Below are positions 1 through 9,339 of a DNA stretch of 17,375 nt, in pieces. The DNA is taken from the NCBI GenBank assembly GCA_024626585.2, contig JANKJI020000004.1, positions 129,079,080 to 129,096,454 on the forward strand. Reading direction: 5' to 3'. Below the pieces are notes generated by a model. That model was not told the origin of the DNA, searched no databases, and saw only the letters and a list, made by a program, of their open reading frames with translations. Position numbers and translations under genes: made by a program. How positions within the stretch are numbered: the stretch's first letter is position 1; every line of letters begins with the position of its first letter. The DNA is from Ginkgo biloba. Its lineage: Eukaryota > Plantae > Ginkgophyta.

Positions 1-329
1 CTCCAAGAGCCAAAAAACTGTAACAATTCTATACAGACTTCCAAATCCAGATCATTGTTTTTCACACTCTTTAATAGATTGTCACCACCCTATAACTAAA
101 TTTGCAATTTATTGCATGGTTTGCCTATCATTGTGCATGCATGCCTAAAATTTGTGCCTGCCTGTCCAGAATATATGCATATCCATTCGCCTACCACTAC
201 ACAGGAATTTTAAAGATTAATTCTTAAAGTTATATAACTAGTAGAACTTAAATTTTAAACTAAAAAGTTAAAGATTTAATCCCATCCAGGAAGATTCCTG
301 ATAAAACTACAAGTTTCTGGTTGGTAGTA

Positions 330-1435
330 AAGAAGTTGGATCCCGGCCACATTTACAGCTTTTTAGACTTAATAGTAAAATAGTGAAATTTTTATCAGTG
401 ATGCCCCTACATCAAGATATCATCCTTTATTTGCAATTTTGGGAGATGCTCCCCTCACTCCAAGGATTTCCTTACACCTTGGCACCATTTTTCNNNNNNN
501 NNNNNNNNNNNNNNNNNNNNNNNNNNTCTCATTTCTCAATGATCCTTATACCACCAAGATGCTATTTGATTGTGACATCTTCAAAATAGCATTGTTCTAC
601 AACATTATTTTTTTCTTCTTTATAAGTTAATTTGGTTTGGAATCCTTTAAGACCATGGCCAACTGGTATTGTCTAGACCCCAACTCTCCTTTAAGTGGAA
701 ATGAGAGTAAAGGATTATGGTTTGTTACCACTTCAAATTCGTCATTCTTGAGGTAATGCTTTTAAATGTCGATAGCATGAATTATGGGCAGTAATTGTTG
801 GTCACAAATGAGGTATCTCTTCTTGGCACTATTGATCCTATGGCTTTCATAAGCAAGGATTTTTCCTTCTCGAGTCAAAACTACACCAATATTTACATCA
901 CTGGCATCTGTGAGGATGATGAAAAGCTTTGTTGGGTCCAGTAAGTGAAGATTGGTGCTTTGGTCAACTTCACCTTCAACAACTTGAAATTGGTTTGATG
1001 TTTTTCTATCCAAATGGTGTTAGATTTCTTTGACAACTTTGTCAAACGTGCTGCAATCTAGGAGAGGTTTAATATAAATTTTTGGGCAAAGCTTGCCAAA
1101 GCAAGGAAACTTCTCTCTTCGTGAGCACTCAAGGGTGTCCTCCATTCACGAACCACTTGAATCTTCTTTGAATTGACCAAAATGCCTTTGGCTGAAATGG
1201 TATGGCCTAGATATTCCAATTTTCTTTGAAGAGTATCACTTTGATGGCTTGGCACATATAACATGTCTCTTCTAAGTACGCCCAACACCATTCGCAAATG
1301 CTTCTCATGCTCTTTCGCTATTTTTGTTGAAGATCATGATGTTGTCCAAGAACATGTCAACAAGCCTTCCACGGTAAGGCTTGAGGATATTATTCGTAAG
1401 CCTCATAAAAATATTCGATGCATTTGTAAAGGCAG
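330..1435 (-). mobile_element. Degenerate Ty3/gypsy pol remnant: C-terminal half of RT, RNase H and start of the RH-INT linker
   Basis: Manual minus-strand translation from 1435 gives PAFTNASNIFMRLTNNILKPYRGRLVDMFLDNIMIF (cf. MPFGLTNAPATFMRLMN...YLDDILI). ORF 1058-1297 has EYLGHTISAKGILVNSKKIQVVREWRTPLSAHEERSFL. ORF 762-1013 has PTKLFIILTDASDVNIGVVL...LAYESHR. This is followed by *KHYL..FEVVTNHNPL..SRQY..KKNNVV (RNase H end). Many stops and frameshifts; left boundary approximate. Confidence 0.88.
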
Positions 1436-1460
1436 GTTACTTAAAGGAATGAGAGGTAAC

Positions 1461-1790
1461 CTGAGATCCCAGAATGACTGCATCGTTTTCCAAATACAGA
1501 GTAAAATTGCTTGTGAGATTAAAACTCCCACTAACCCACTTCCCTGATGGAACATTAAGCTGTCCACCGCCCTTTCCTGCAAAAGACTTCAGATAATCAA
1601 CTGCCTTCTGAAAGGCTTCGGTGTTTAGAGTCTTGCCATCACCTACACCGCCAAATTCTTTAATAGATACAATTTTTCTTCTAGCATTAAGTCTTGCAAA
1701 ACTTGAACAAGTCTTTTGTTCTGGCTCAGAAATCCTGTGATCATTTTCTATTTTCTCAGACCTTTCCCTGAACCTCAATTCTTTGAATAT
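1461..1790 (-). CDS. Isolated coding exon/fragment of a plant glycoside hydrolase family 28 polygalacturonase (N-terminal pectin-lyase-like beta-helix region)
   Basis: Stop-free frame ...RRKIVSIKEFGGVGDGKTLNTEAFQKAVDYLKSFAGKGGGQLNVPSGKWVSGSFNLTSNFTLYLENDAVILGSQ matches the conserved plant PG pattern FGxVGDGKTxNTxAF...GGxQLxVPxGxWLTGSFNLTSxFTL..DAVILxSQ. It ends at a CAG|GTTACC splice donor (intron starts at 1460), where I recall this clade having an intron. In-frame TAA at 1791-1793. No ATG, signal peptide or clear acceptor is visible, so the 5' boundary and functionality are uncertain. Confidence 0.88.
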
Positions 1791-2901
1791 TTATGTATAA
1801 CTTATCATCATGATTCAGTTTATACATGATAACCAATTCTTGTATGAATTCTCTTTTTATATATAACTCTCCTATTTATGTAATGACTTGCAATTTGATT
1901 AGTCATGTGACCTTCAAAATATCTTTCTCCTGCATAAATATGATATTATAATTATTTTCTCTATATTTATAAAATTATCACGTGCCTAGATGCCACATCA
2001 GATGTAAAACCTTTAATTTTCCTAACTATAGATTTTATGCTCTACATCTCTAAATTTGTGTACTTGAATTTTGCACCCTTATATATTTAAATGCATGTTC
2101 TTTTATCATCGCCTAAACTAACAAGAGTCGATGTGTGAGATATTCATCGAGGATTCTCATTTANNNNNNNNNNNNNNNNNNNNNNNNNNNNNNNNNNNNN
2201 NNNNNNNNNNNNNNNNNNNNNNNNNNNNNNNNNNNNNNNNNNNNNNNNNNNNNNNNNNNNNNNNNNNNNNNNNNNNNNNNNNNNNNNNNNNNNNNNNNNN
2301 NNNNNNNNNNNNNNNNNNNNNNNNNNNNNNNNNNNNNNNNNNNNNNNNNNNNNNNNNNNNNNNNNNNNNNNNNNNNNNNNNNNNNNNNNNNNNNNNNNNN
2401 NNNNNNNNNNNNNNNNNNNNNNNNNNNNNNNNNNNNNNNNNNNNNNNNNNNNNNNNNNNNNNNNNNNNNNNNNNNNNNNNNNNNNNNNNNNNNNNNNNNN
2501 NNNNNNNNNNNNNNNNNNNNNNNNNNNNNNNNNNNNNNNNNNNNNNNNNNNNNNNNNNNNNNNNNNNNNNNNNNNNNNNNNNNNNNNNNNNNNNNNNNNN
2601 NNNNNNNNNNNNNNNNNNNNNNNNNNNNNNNNNNNNNNNNNNNNNNNNNNNNNNNNNNNNNNNNNNNNNNNNNNNNNNNNNNNNNNNNNNNNNNNNNNNN
2701 NNNNNNNNNNNNNNNNNNNNNNNNNNNNNNNNNNNNNNNNNNNNNNNNNNNNNNNNNNNNNNNNNNNNNNNNNNNNNNNNNNNNNNNNNNNNNNNNNNNN
2801 NNNNNNNNNNNNNNNNNNNNNNNNNNNNNNNNNNNNNNNNNNNNNNNNNNNNNNNNNNNNNNNNNNNNNNNNNNNNNNNNNNNNNNNNNNNNNNNNNNNN
2901 N

Positions 2902-3504
2902 TGGGCACATGCAAGTAGCCCATCCAACCTAATACTAAACTCCTGAACTAAATCGGTTCTCTTTAAGCCTATAACTTGACCATAAGCTTCTTGCATGTCG
3001 TTTTGTGGTACATAATTTTGAGCAATATTACTTTCATACCCTACTAGGTTCAATTAGTGGCTGCATCCCATTTTCTATTTCCATTTCAATGCCATTCCAC
3101 CACTCTCGAGATGGCCCCTTGAGAGAAAAAGTTAATAAGGTCACCTTATTTTCATCCAATATATCAAAGGATTTGAAAAATGTTTGTACCATATTGATCT
3201 AGCTTGGAATGAGGACTTTGTTCCACTTCCATCAAAATTTAGCATTTATAAGTTCTTAATTACTTAACTTTTTAAACCAATTTCCATTCTAACCCTAGCC
3301 TTCTTATGCCTTAGTTCTTCTGCTTGAGAATATTTTGATGCACTTACATCTCCTCATCATTAGCTTCAACTTGGTCTTCCTCGTATTGGTCATCAGAGCT
3401 TTGGTCCATGGATGGCTCTCATTTTTCTTGTCCCCTTCATAGGTAAGAATACGTTTCTCTATTCTTTGTTGTTGCTCTTCAATTTTGTTCATACACTCAT
3501 CCAT
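2902..3504 (-). mobile_element. Degenerate Ty3/gypsy gag (Retrotrans_gag-like capsid) remnant
   Basis: Minus frames give MDECMNKIEEQQQRIEKR (coiled N-terminus), MLNFDGSG...*INMVQTFFKSFDILDENKVTLLTFSLKGPSREWWNGIE...NYVPQNDMQEAYGQVIGLKRTDLVQEFSIRL. This fits the gag pattern FDG..W..M..FF....D..KV....F.L.G.A..WW...LKQ..SV.EY..RF. Frameshifted. Confidence 0.8.
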
Positions 3505-3699
3505 GCTTTGCTAATATAACCAAAGATTTGTTAGACCATACATTGGGCTCTAATATATATCAATTTGGGCATTCTAGCTCCTTCCAAGGGTTGGTTAGAC
3601 TTAGCGAGGGCCATCTTATCTCATGTACCCCTTGGCAGAAGACTAAAGGAAATCCTTCAAAAGTGTGGAAGTGATGATTGAGAAAAAAATCCAAGGGGT

Positions 3700-4086
3700 A
3701 ATTATCTCTTTGTACTGCAATAAACTTTACAACACCTGTTGTGTCACCGTCTCTGTATGGACGGTACAACTTTGTCCATGTTTGCAATTGATTCCATTGC
3801 TAAATTTTGTCCAACACATCTTTGAGGAAAAGGCGCAATGCTTCTTGTAAGTGCCACAACTTTCCCTGGCTATGCTGCGCTTGTTCCTGAAGCACTATTG
3901 TGGTTTTCCTCAAAGCCGAGAACTCCCACGAAAAGATTATGCACATGTGTAGACTCTGGATGTGATTAGAGAAAATGACCTGATAACACTTGGCAAACCT
4001 ACAAACCACTTTGTACGAAATTCCGTAACTAGATTTTATACACTCAAGGATTGCACATGTAAGCAAAGAATCTATCACTCAAGAAT
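3700..4086 (-). mobile_element. Possible decayed C-terminal (zf-RVT/CCHC) end of an L1-type LINE ORF2
   Basis: Weak motifs in the expected order on the minus strand: TCAI...VVCRFAKCYQVIF (cf. HxxxxCxFAxxxW), SALRKTTI, then *CFRNKRS in a shifted frame (cf. WxxRNxxxF). Same strand as the LINE at 4715-6701. Similarity is marginal. Confidence 0.3.
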
Positions 4087-4186
4087 NNNNNNNNNNNNNN
4101 NNNNNNNNNNNNNNNNNNNNNNNNNNNNNNNNNNNNNNNNNNNNNNNNNNNNNNNNNNNNNNNNNNNNNNNNNNNNNNNNNNNNNN

Positions 4187-4714
4187 CCTATTCATGCTTA
4201 CCTAAACCTCCTCCTTTGTAACCCATCTTTTCTAGTAATTTCATACCAATACCTTTGCTTTGTTATATATCACTATCACATATCTCATTCTTTACATTAA
4301 TCACATTTATCTCATTATGTACAACATTATCAATAACAATCACTTCATTTTCCTTGATTTCAAATGTTTCAATCTCTTGATTATTCTTTTCCTCCTTTAA
4401 GTTTTCTATCTGCTTTAGAAAACTTGCTTTTTCCTTTTTTTGAATATTTCTTTTCTCTTTTAGGTTTTCTATCTCATTCAAAAGAGTTTGAATGTGATCT
4501 AACAACTTGAAAACATCTTTCTTTATCATTTCTTGTTTCTGTTATTCAATGACAGTTATTAAAGAATTTATTTCAGCATCTTTCTTGGTCATTTCCTACT
4601 TGTGTTCTTCCTTTGTTCCTCAATAACAATTCTTAAAGACTTTATCTCATCATATTTGTCTTTTGTTTCCTTCTTAATCTGTACTTCCATCTATTTGACT
4701 TTTTCTATCAAAGA
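4187..4714 (-). pseudogene. Disrupted Lys/Glu-rich coiled-coil ORF ending in a G-patch domain, probably transposon-derived
   Basis: ORF 4263-4529 (LLNEIENLKEKRN...FLKQIENLKEEKN) continues in frame past one TAA into QSKGIGMKLLEKMGYKGGGLGKHE* (4188-4262), a close match to the G-patch consensus IGxKLLxKMGWxxGxGLGKxxQG. Upstream disrupted repeats: DEIKSLRIVIEEQ and AEINSLITVIE*QKQ. Confidence 0.75.
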
Positions 4715-6701
4715 ACCATTTTCCATTTGAATTATTGCATAAAATATCTTCTCTTACTATTGGAGTCAGTTCCTTGCAATTGGTGCACTGTTAGAGGCCT
4801 GCATGATTTCTTGAATTTCCTACTCTTGATTTGCAAGGTCACTCATTTTGTAAAACTCTCTTTCTTCCTGTCAAATTTCTTGTTGACTTAATATCATTCA
4901 ACTGTCTTCTATGTAAAATGTGGACGTCCTATTTGCCATAGCCCTGGTTTTTCTTCAACATTGGTAAATTTAGAATTCTTATCTCCTTTCATCATCCACA
5001 ACCTTTGCTTTTCATTTCACATGGGCAAGGATCTTTCATTATCTGGATAATTTTGCAAGAGAGCTCATGAAGGGTTTCATAGGCTTGGGGATTTGAGTTG
5101 TCCGGCCCAACTACATCCAACATTGTTCTGTTTGATGTTTGAATCAATCCCTGTTTTTCAATGTTAAATCCATCTCGTCCTTTCTATATTTGTTTAACAA
5201 TATTTTCATTTGATTCATAAGAATTACTTTCTTGTGGGAATCCTTCAAATTCAGATCTCTTGACAAAACACATATGTCCATTTTTCTCCTATTTTCTGAC
5301 AAATTTCTGGATTTTTTTACGAAAGATATTTATNNNNNNNNNNNNNNNNNNNNNNNNNNNNNNNNNNNNNNNNNNNNNNNNNNNNNNNNNNNNNNNCAGG
5401 ATATAATTAGATATTTCTAACCATGGAATTTCTTGATAAGTTATTTGCCATTTATCCCTTGGATCAGATGTTGCTTCTATCTAGATTTCTAAAGATTGCC
5501 TAATGACATTTCCTATGGTTGGTCCAAGTGTGCTTTATGTTTCCTTGCCATCTTCATAATTCCAGACTACCTTTCAAATTTTGAAAGGGGATACTTTGAT
5601 CTCACCTCACATGATTCCTGTTTCTCTCTGCAGTTTCTCCCTACAGTAAGATCTCCACCTTCTAATGGTTAAAATCTTCAATTAGGATAAGTATTTCTTC
5701 ATTGTCTTTTCTTCCTTTCATGATTAAGGGAATGCCTTCCCAAAGAGTAGTCATGTCACTGACAATATTAAAGGCATAAAAAAAATATTAATTACTAGAT
5801 AGCTTTCCTTGTCCCAAAGCCTAGGCATGCTGAATGACTTGCATGATTAGTATGTAATTGAGGAAGGACACCCTGCCTTTCTTGGTTCCAAAGAACAATG
5901 ACACAAACAAATGAGCCTCCTGCCTCTCTATTAGAAACATGATTTGCGAACATGCGATTTTTCTTACATGCTTGCTTACCTTAATGGAAAGTTTATATTC
6001 CTATAGTATCAGAACATCAATTCTGCACTTCGGCCTGGTAAAGGAAATTTCCAATTTCTTCCTTTTGAGTTGGTCCTAGACCCATGCCATTCTAGGATGA
6101 GAGTGTTATATACCCTTCATTCTTAGAAGGGATGCTTGCGATATGCTTGCATTCTTGAATTGGAGTTTGAATTTTCCTTTTGTCTGTAGTTTTTCGATCC
6201 CATCTGTTGGAGTGCCTCCGTACTATTGAATTCCACAAATCCTTCCATATGGGAGTCAGGTGAATTGTCACCTTTTCCAAAAAGTTGAGCCTTTGAGTTG
6301 ATCTCCAAAACGATGACATGTGGAATTAGATTTAGAGAGGAATGAGTTTGGTTTTAGAAGTATCCTATTTTTCTTCATTTTCTGCTTGTATGTGCCTACC
6401 TTTCTCAAATAGGACCTGTTGACTTTTTGTAGAGAACGTTGTGGCTTTGCTAGGGGATTCTGCTTCTTACTAGGTGATTTTGCTTCTTTTTTTTTACTAT
6501 TTCCCAATATTCTAATTCTAAGTTTGTTTTTGTCAAGACTTAATATCCCTTGCTTCTTTCTTTTGCCCAATTCCAAAGGACATGAACTTCTATTTTTTTA
6601 ATCCCCTTTTCCACACTGATTCGGTGAGATTTTCTTCATTAATTGTTATTAAGGCTTGTTGCATTGAATTTTTTCCTTTCCTTTCCATCTCTTTCTAACT
6701 T
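4715..6701 (-). mobile_element. Degenerate L1-type LINE: ORF1 tail, APE endonuclease and EN-RT linker, truncated just before RT
   Basis: Basic low-complexity ORF1-like tail (about 6123-6700). Then, across frameshifts: ITLSS*NGMGLG (SWNVRGL), IDVLIL*EYKL (DxLxLQETKL), FYAFNIVSDMTTLWE (VYAPN..R..LW), ILIEDFN (GDFN), HTWTNHR..AIFRNLDR (FTWxN..RLDR), QRLWMMKGDKNSKF (WxxxGDxNTKFF), QQEI*QEEREFYK and IFYAIIQMENG, ending at 4715 where KAPGPDG would be expected. Confidence 0.85.
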
Positions 6702-6778
6702 TGTAGTGCCCCTAACGGGTCCCACTACTAAAACATTGCTCCAAATGATGTAAAATGCAGAGTAATAGAATAAATACA
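6702..6778 (-). mobile_element. Probable LTR terminus fragment truncating the LINE ORF1
   Basis: Abrupt change at TGTAGTGCCCC (minus reading ...GGGGCACTACA), which resembles plant gypsy LTR ends. It runs into a 100-N gap and no partner LTR is seen. Confidence 0.35.
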
Positions 6779-6878
6779 NNNNNNNNNNNNNNNNNNNNNN
6801 NNNNNNNNNNNNNNNNNNNNNNNNNNNNNNNNNNNNNNNNNNNNNNNNNNNNNNNNNNNNNNNNNNNNNNNNNNNNNN

Positions 6879-7055
6879 GTTCATGATCCAACTAGTATAT
6901 TGGATATGAGGACAAGAAGGTTAAGAAAAAAGGATATTACGAGTAGGTTATGTAATGGTCTAATAAACCACTTGAAGAAGCTACCTTAGAGTAAACAAAT
7001 TTTGTCAAAGAGTTGGGCTCCTTAAGTACAATGATCTCCGTAAGGCAAGAAGAAA
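6879..7055 (+). mobile_element. Chromovirus (Ty3/gypsy) integrase C-terminal chromodomain remnant followed by a decayed polypurine tract
   Basis: VHDPTSILDMRTRRLRKKDIT, then after a frameshift *WSNKPLEEATLE (cf. PxxILDxRxRxLRxKxIxEYLVKWxxxPxEEATWE). Purine-rich AAGGCAAGAAGAAA (7042-7055) lies immediately before TGTTACA. Confidence 0.75.
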
Positions 7056-8007
7056 TGTTACAGTTCAAGCTTTGACAAAAAAGGCAACTCAAGCNNNNNN
7101 NNNNNNNNNNNNNNNNNNNNNNNNNNNNNNGACCTTAGGAAGAACCTTCAATTCAACACTAAGAGATGCCAAGAGACCAATGCTAAATAGTGGGACCCGA
7201 TTGTGTATTTTTGAAGTAACGACTAAACCCCATGAACAGGTCTTAAAGAGAGACCCTTCAAGGAATAAATGATGAACATATAGTGGCATATAGGGTTTTC
7301 TAGGGCATGGGGCAACCCTAGGGATAAACCCAACTTTATGTGGTGGTTAGCATGCCTTCATTATGGAATAAATAAGTATTATCTGGGCTTAGATATCCCT
7401 CAATCATCTTCTCTCATGATCACTGTGCTTTTCTATTTAAGGTGTTCTCTTGCTAAGTAAGTGTTATGTTGAATTTTGAAATTATTATTGCATCAGGGAA
7501 GTTGCTTTCAATTGAAGGCAATCTCATTTGAAGTTTCTAGTGACTTGTCGAGGTGTTGTGGAACCAACGAACTTCACGGGAAAAAGGTGCTACGTCGTAC
7601 AGAAAATCTACAGTGCATGAGAAAGGCGCGGCATCCTAATAAGGGAAATCAACAATGTGTTAGGAGAAAAGAACAACACTTAGGTGTGAAAAACAAGCAT
7701 CACGACAACAAAGGGTGAGACAAACCTACACCAGGGTGGAATCAAACAAGAAGGTCGTTTGGCGATGACGGTTAGCATTATGCACTGGAGGTTTGGTTGG
7801 TAATCAAGTAAGCCCATTAAGGTGGTCCCCATAGGCAAACAGTAGTTGCTAATTCATGTCACTAGGCCAACCTTCCCATAATAGTCTAGTCTTTTAATCT
7901 TGTATATGATTTTACTCAATGTTTACATAATTGAATATTTCTCTATGCTTTATACTTTGATGATTATGATATTTTAGCATACAATTTTAAGAGGCGGGAT
8001 TGCTACA
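7056..8007 (+). mobile_element. Putative 3' LTR (about 950 bp) of the chromovirus remnant
   Basis: Starts TGTTACA right after the PPT-like tract and ends GGGATTGCTACA (TGT...ACA termini). Non-coding, with a TATA-like CTATTTAAGG near 7433 and a T-rich distal part. No second LTR is available to confirm it. Confidence 0.5.
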
Positions 8008-8292
8008 TTGATGTGAAACACGCTTACCGTCAACACATAGCAGCGTATTATTAATTTTCTAAACTCCACCCCATAAAATCCACATTAGTAAGGGTATATG
8101 GAATTGGTTTGTTTCGACCCCTATTTAGCCCCAGGATAATTGTAGTAGATAGGGTNNNNNNNNNNNNNNNNNNNNNNNNNNNNNNNNNNNNNNNNNNNNN
8201 NNNNNNNNNNNNNNNNNNNNNNNNNNNNNNNNNNNNNNNNNNNNNNNNNNNNNNNCACTAGATGGAATATTGTAATTTTAATTTGTAATTTA

Positions 8293-8320
8293 ACACACAC
8301 ACACACATACACACACACAC
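8293..8320. repeat. Interrupted (AC)n microsatellite
   Basis: ACACACACACACACATACACACACACAC read directly. Confidence 0.95.
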
Positions 8321-8399
8321 TTGTACCCATGTTTCTTGGGTACCCAAAATGGGTACATGCACTCGTTCCTTACGTCCCCACGAGCCCATACAACCTTGG
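8321..8399. mobile_element. Probable right-hand terminus of a non-autonomous hAT-like/MITE element
   Basis: GTACCC/GGGTAC-rich segment ending ...ACATGCACT...CCCATACAACCTTGG, similar to the reverse complement of 10882-10926 (CCAAGATTTGTGGGTG...AGTGCATGT). The family assignment is inference. Confidence 0.4.
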
Positions 8400-9335
8400 A
8401 AAAACATCATCTAGAATTGGATCCTTGTTTTAACTTGCTTGGAATGTGTTCAATGAAGAGGGTAAGCTAATTGTCTTGCCAAGGCTATGGAAATATAATA
8501 AGAGAAAGCCAATTATTTGGATCCTTATAAGGAATTAGTAGGAAAATCAATGGCCAATAAGAATGGACCTTGAGAAGAATCTTGATACATTTGTCTATGC
8601 TCATTAATTGGCTTAAGAACATCAACTACATATACAAGGAACTTAATAATCAACTTCAACAATTGTATCAATAATGGTAATGTGTGTTGGTCACAATCAT
8701 TCTATTGTAATTTATCTTGGCAAAGCTATGCGATGCGTTACATCCCTTGGGAATATGTGTATGCTAAGACCAAATCTATTGATCTGACATAAAGGATTAG
8801 CATTGTCACATCAAACTTGAAATGGTTTAGTGCGCACATAGAAACCTATTATATACTTCACTCATAGTATTTTTCCAACTGTCGATGGAAACAAATTCTC
8901 ATGGCATGGTGTCAATTGCCAATGCTATCCACTATCACATGGCATGGTGTCAATTATTGGTTGCTAGGAACAATCCATGTCAATCAATCCACGACAACAC
9001 TATAATAACAATGAGATGTACCCACATTAAATGGAAGGTTCCATAGTCATATTCAATAAAACACCTAAAGATAAATGTATCCTCAAACAAAACATTTAAA
9101 CATCTAAAGCAACTAATTTTTATGGCTTAGTATCATTTGTATGTCCTAGAAAAACGATGTATATACAACACATTGCAAAGATCACATCAACCATGAAGAT
9201 GAACTTAGTCCTCACAAAAGGTTTTGTATATAGGTGGACTTGTGCAAAGATCTTTCATCAAAAGTAATCCTGTCATTTGGTAATAATAGATAACTTTGAC
9301 AGTTGGTTAGGTATCTAAATATTCATAATACATAC
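8400..9335 (+). mobile_element. Highly decayed LINE reverse transcriptase remnant
   Basis: Motif traces in the expected order across frameshifts: LIVLPR (IxLIPK), RKPII (RPIS), PYKELVGKSMANK (YKIxxKxxANR), IYLGKA..IPWEY (LDxxKAYDxVxWxF), TVDG...QCYPLS (VNG..RQGCPLS), LVRYLNIH (KYLGIP). No YADD recognisable. Confidence 0.5.
8900..8955 (+). repeat. Perfect 18-bp direct repeat CATGGCATGGTGTCAATT (8900-8917, 8938-8955)
   Basis: Two identical copies with a 20-bp spacer, read directly. Confidence 0.9.
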
Positions 9336-9339
9336 TTCT

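Noticed and set aside
1-330. Next polygalacturonase exon downstream of the donor
   Set aside because: I found no PLPSYGRG-like peptide or other GH28 motif in the minus frames read here.
1263-1547. Plus-strand 94-aa ORF, and similar antisense ORFs such as 9933-10178 and 6419-6601
   Set aside because: Shadow frames opposite the RT/PG and LINE coding strands, with no independent motifs.
2131-3053. Long ORFs of 249-298 aa in the ORF track
   Set aside because: Artefacts of the 738-N run; only the right flank is real and belongs to gag. The same applies to other X-containing ORFs.
3547-3558. Possible decayed PBS (minus ATATATTAGAGC) upstream of gag
   Set aside because: The position is plausible, but the TGG start is lost and no adjacent LTR ...CA end is visible; not called as a feature.
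3745-3825. KMCWTKFSNGINCKHGQSCTVH resembling a CCCH zinc finger
   Set aside because: Spacing C-x9-C-x5-C-x2-H is off consensus, and it lies in a short isolated frame with no support.
3790-3845. Minus-strand peptide APFPQRCVGQNLAME resembling a cytochrome P450 heme motif
   Set aside because: Spacing does not fit FxxGxRxCxG, there are no ExxR/PERF motifs nearby and the frame is short with stops; likely chance.
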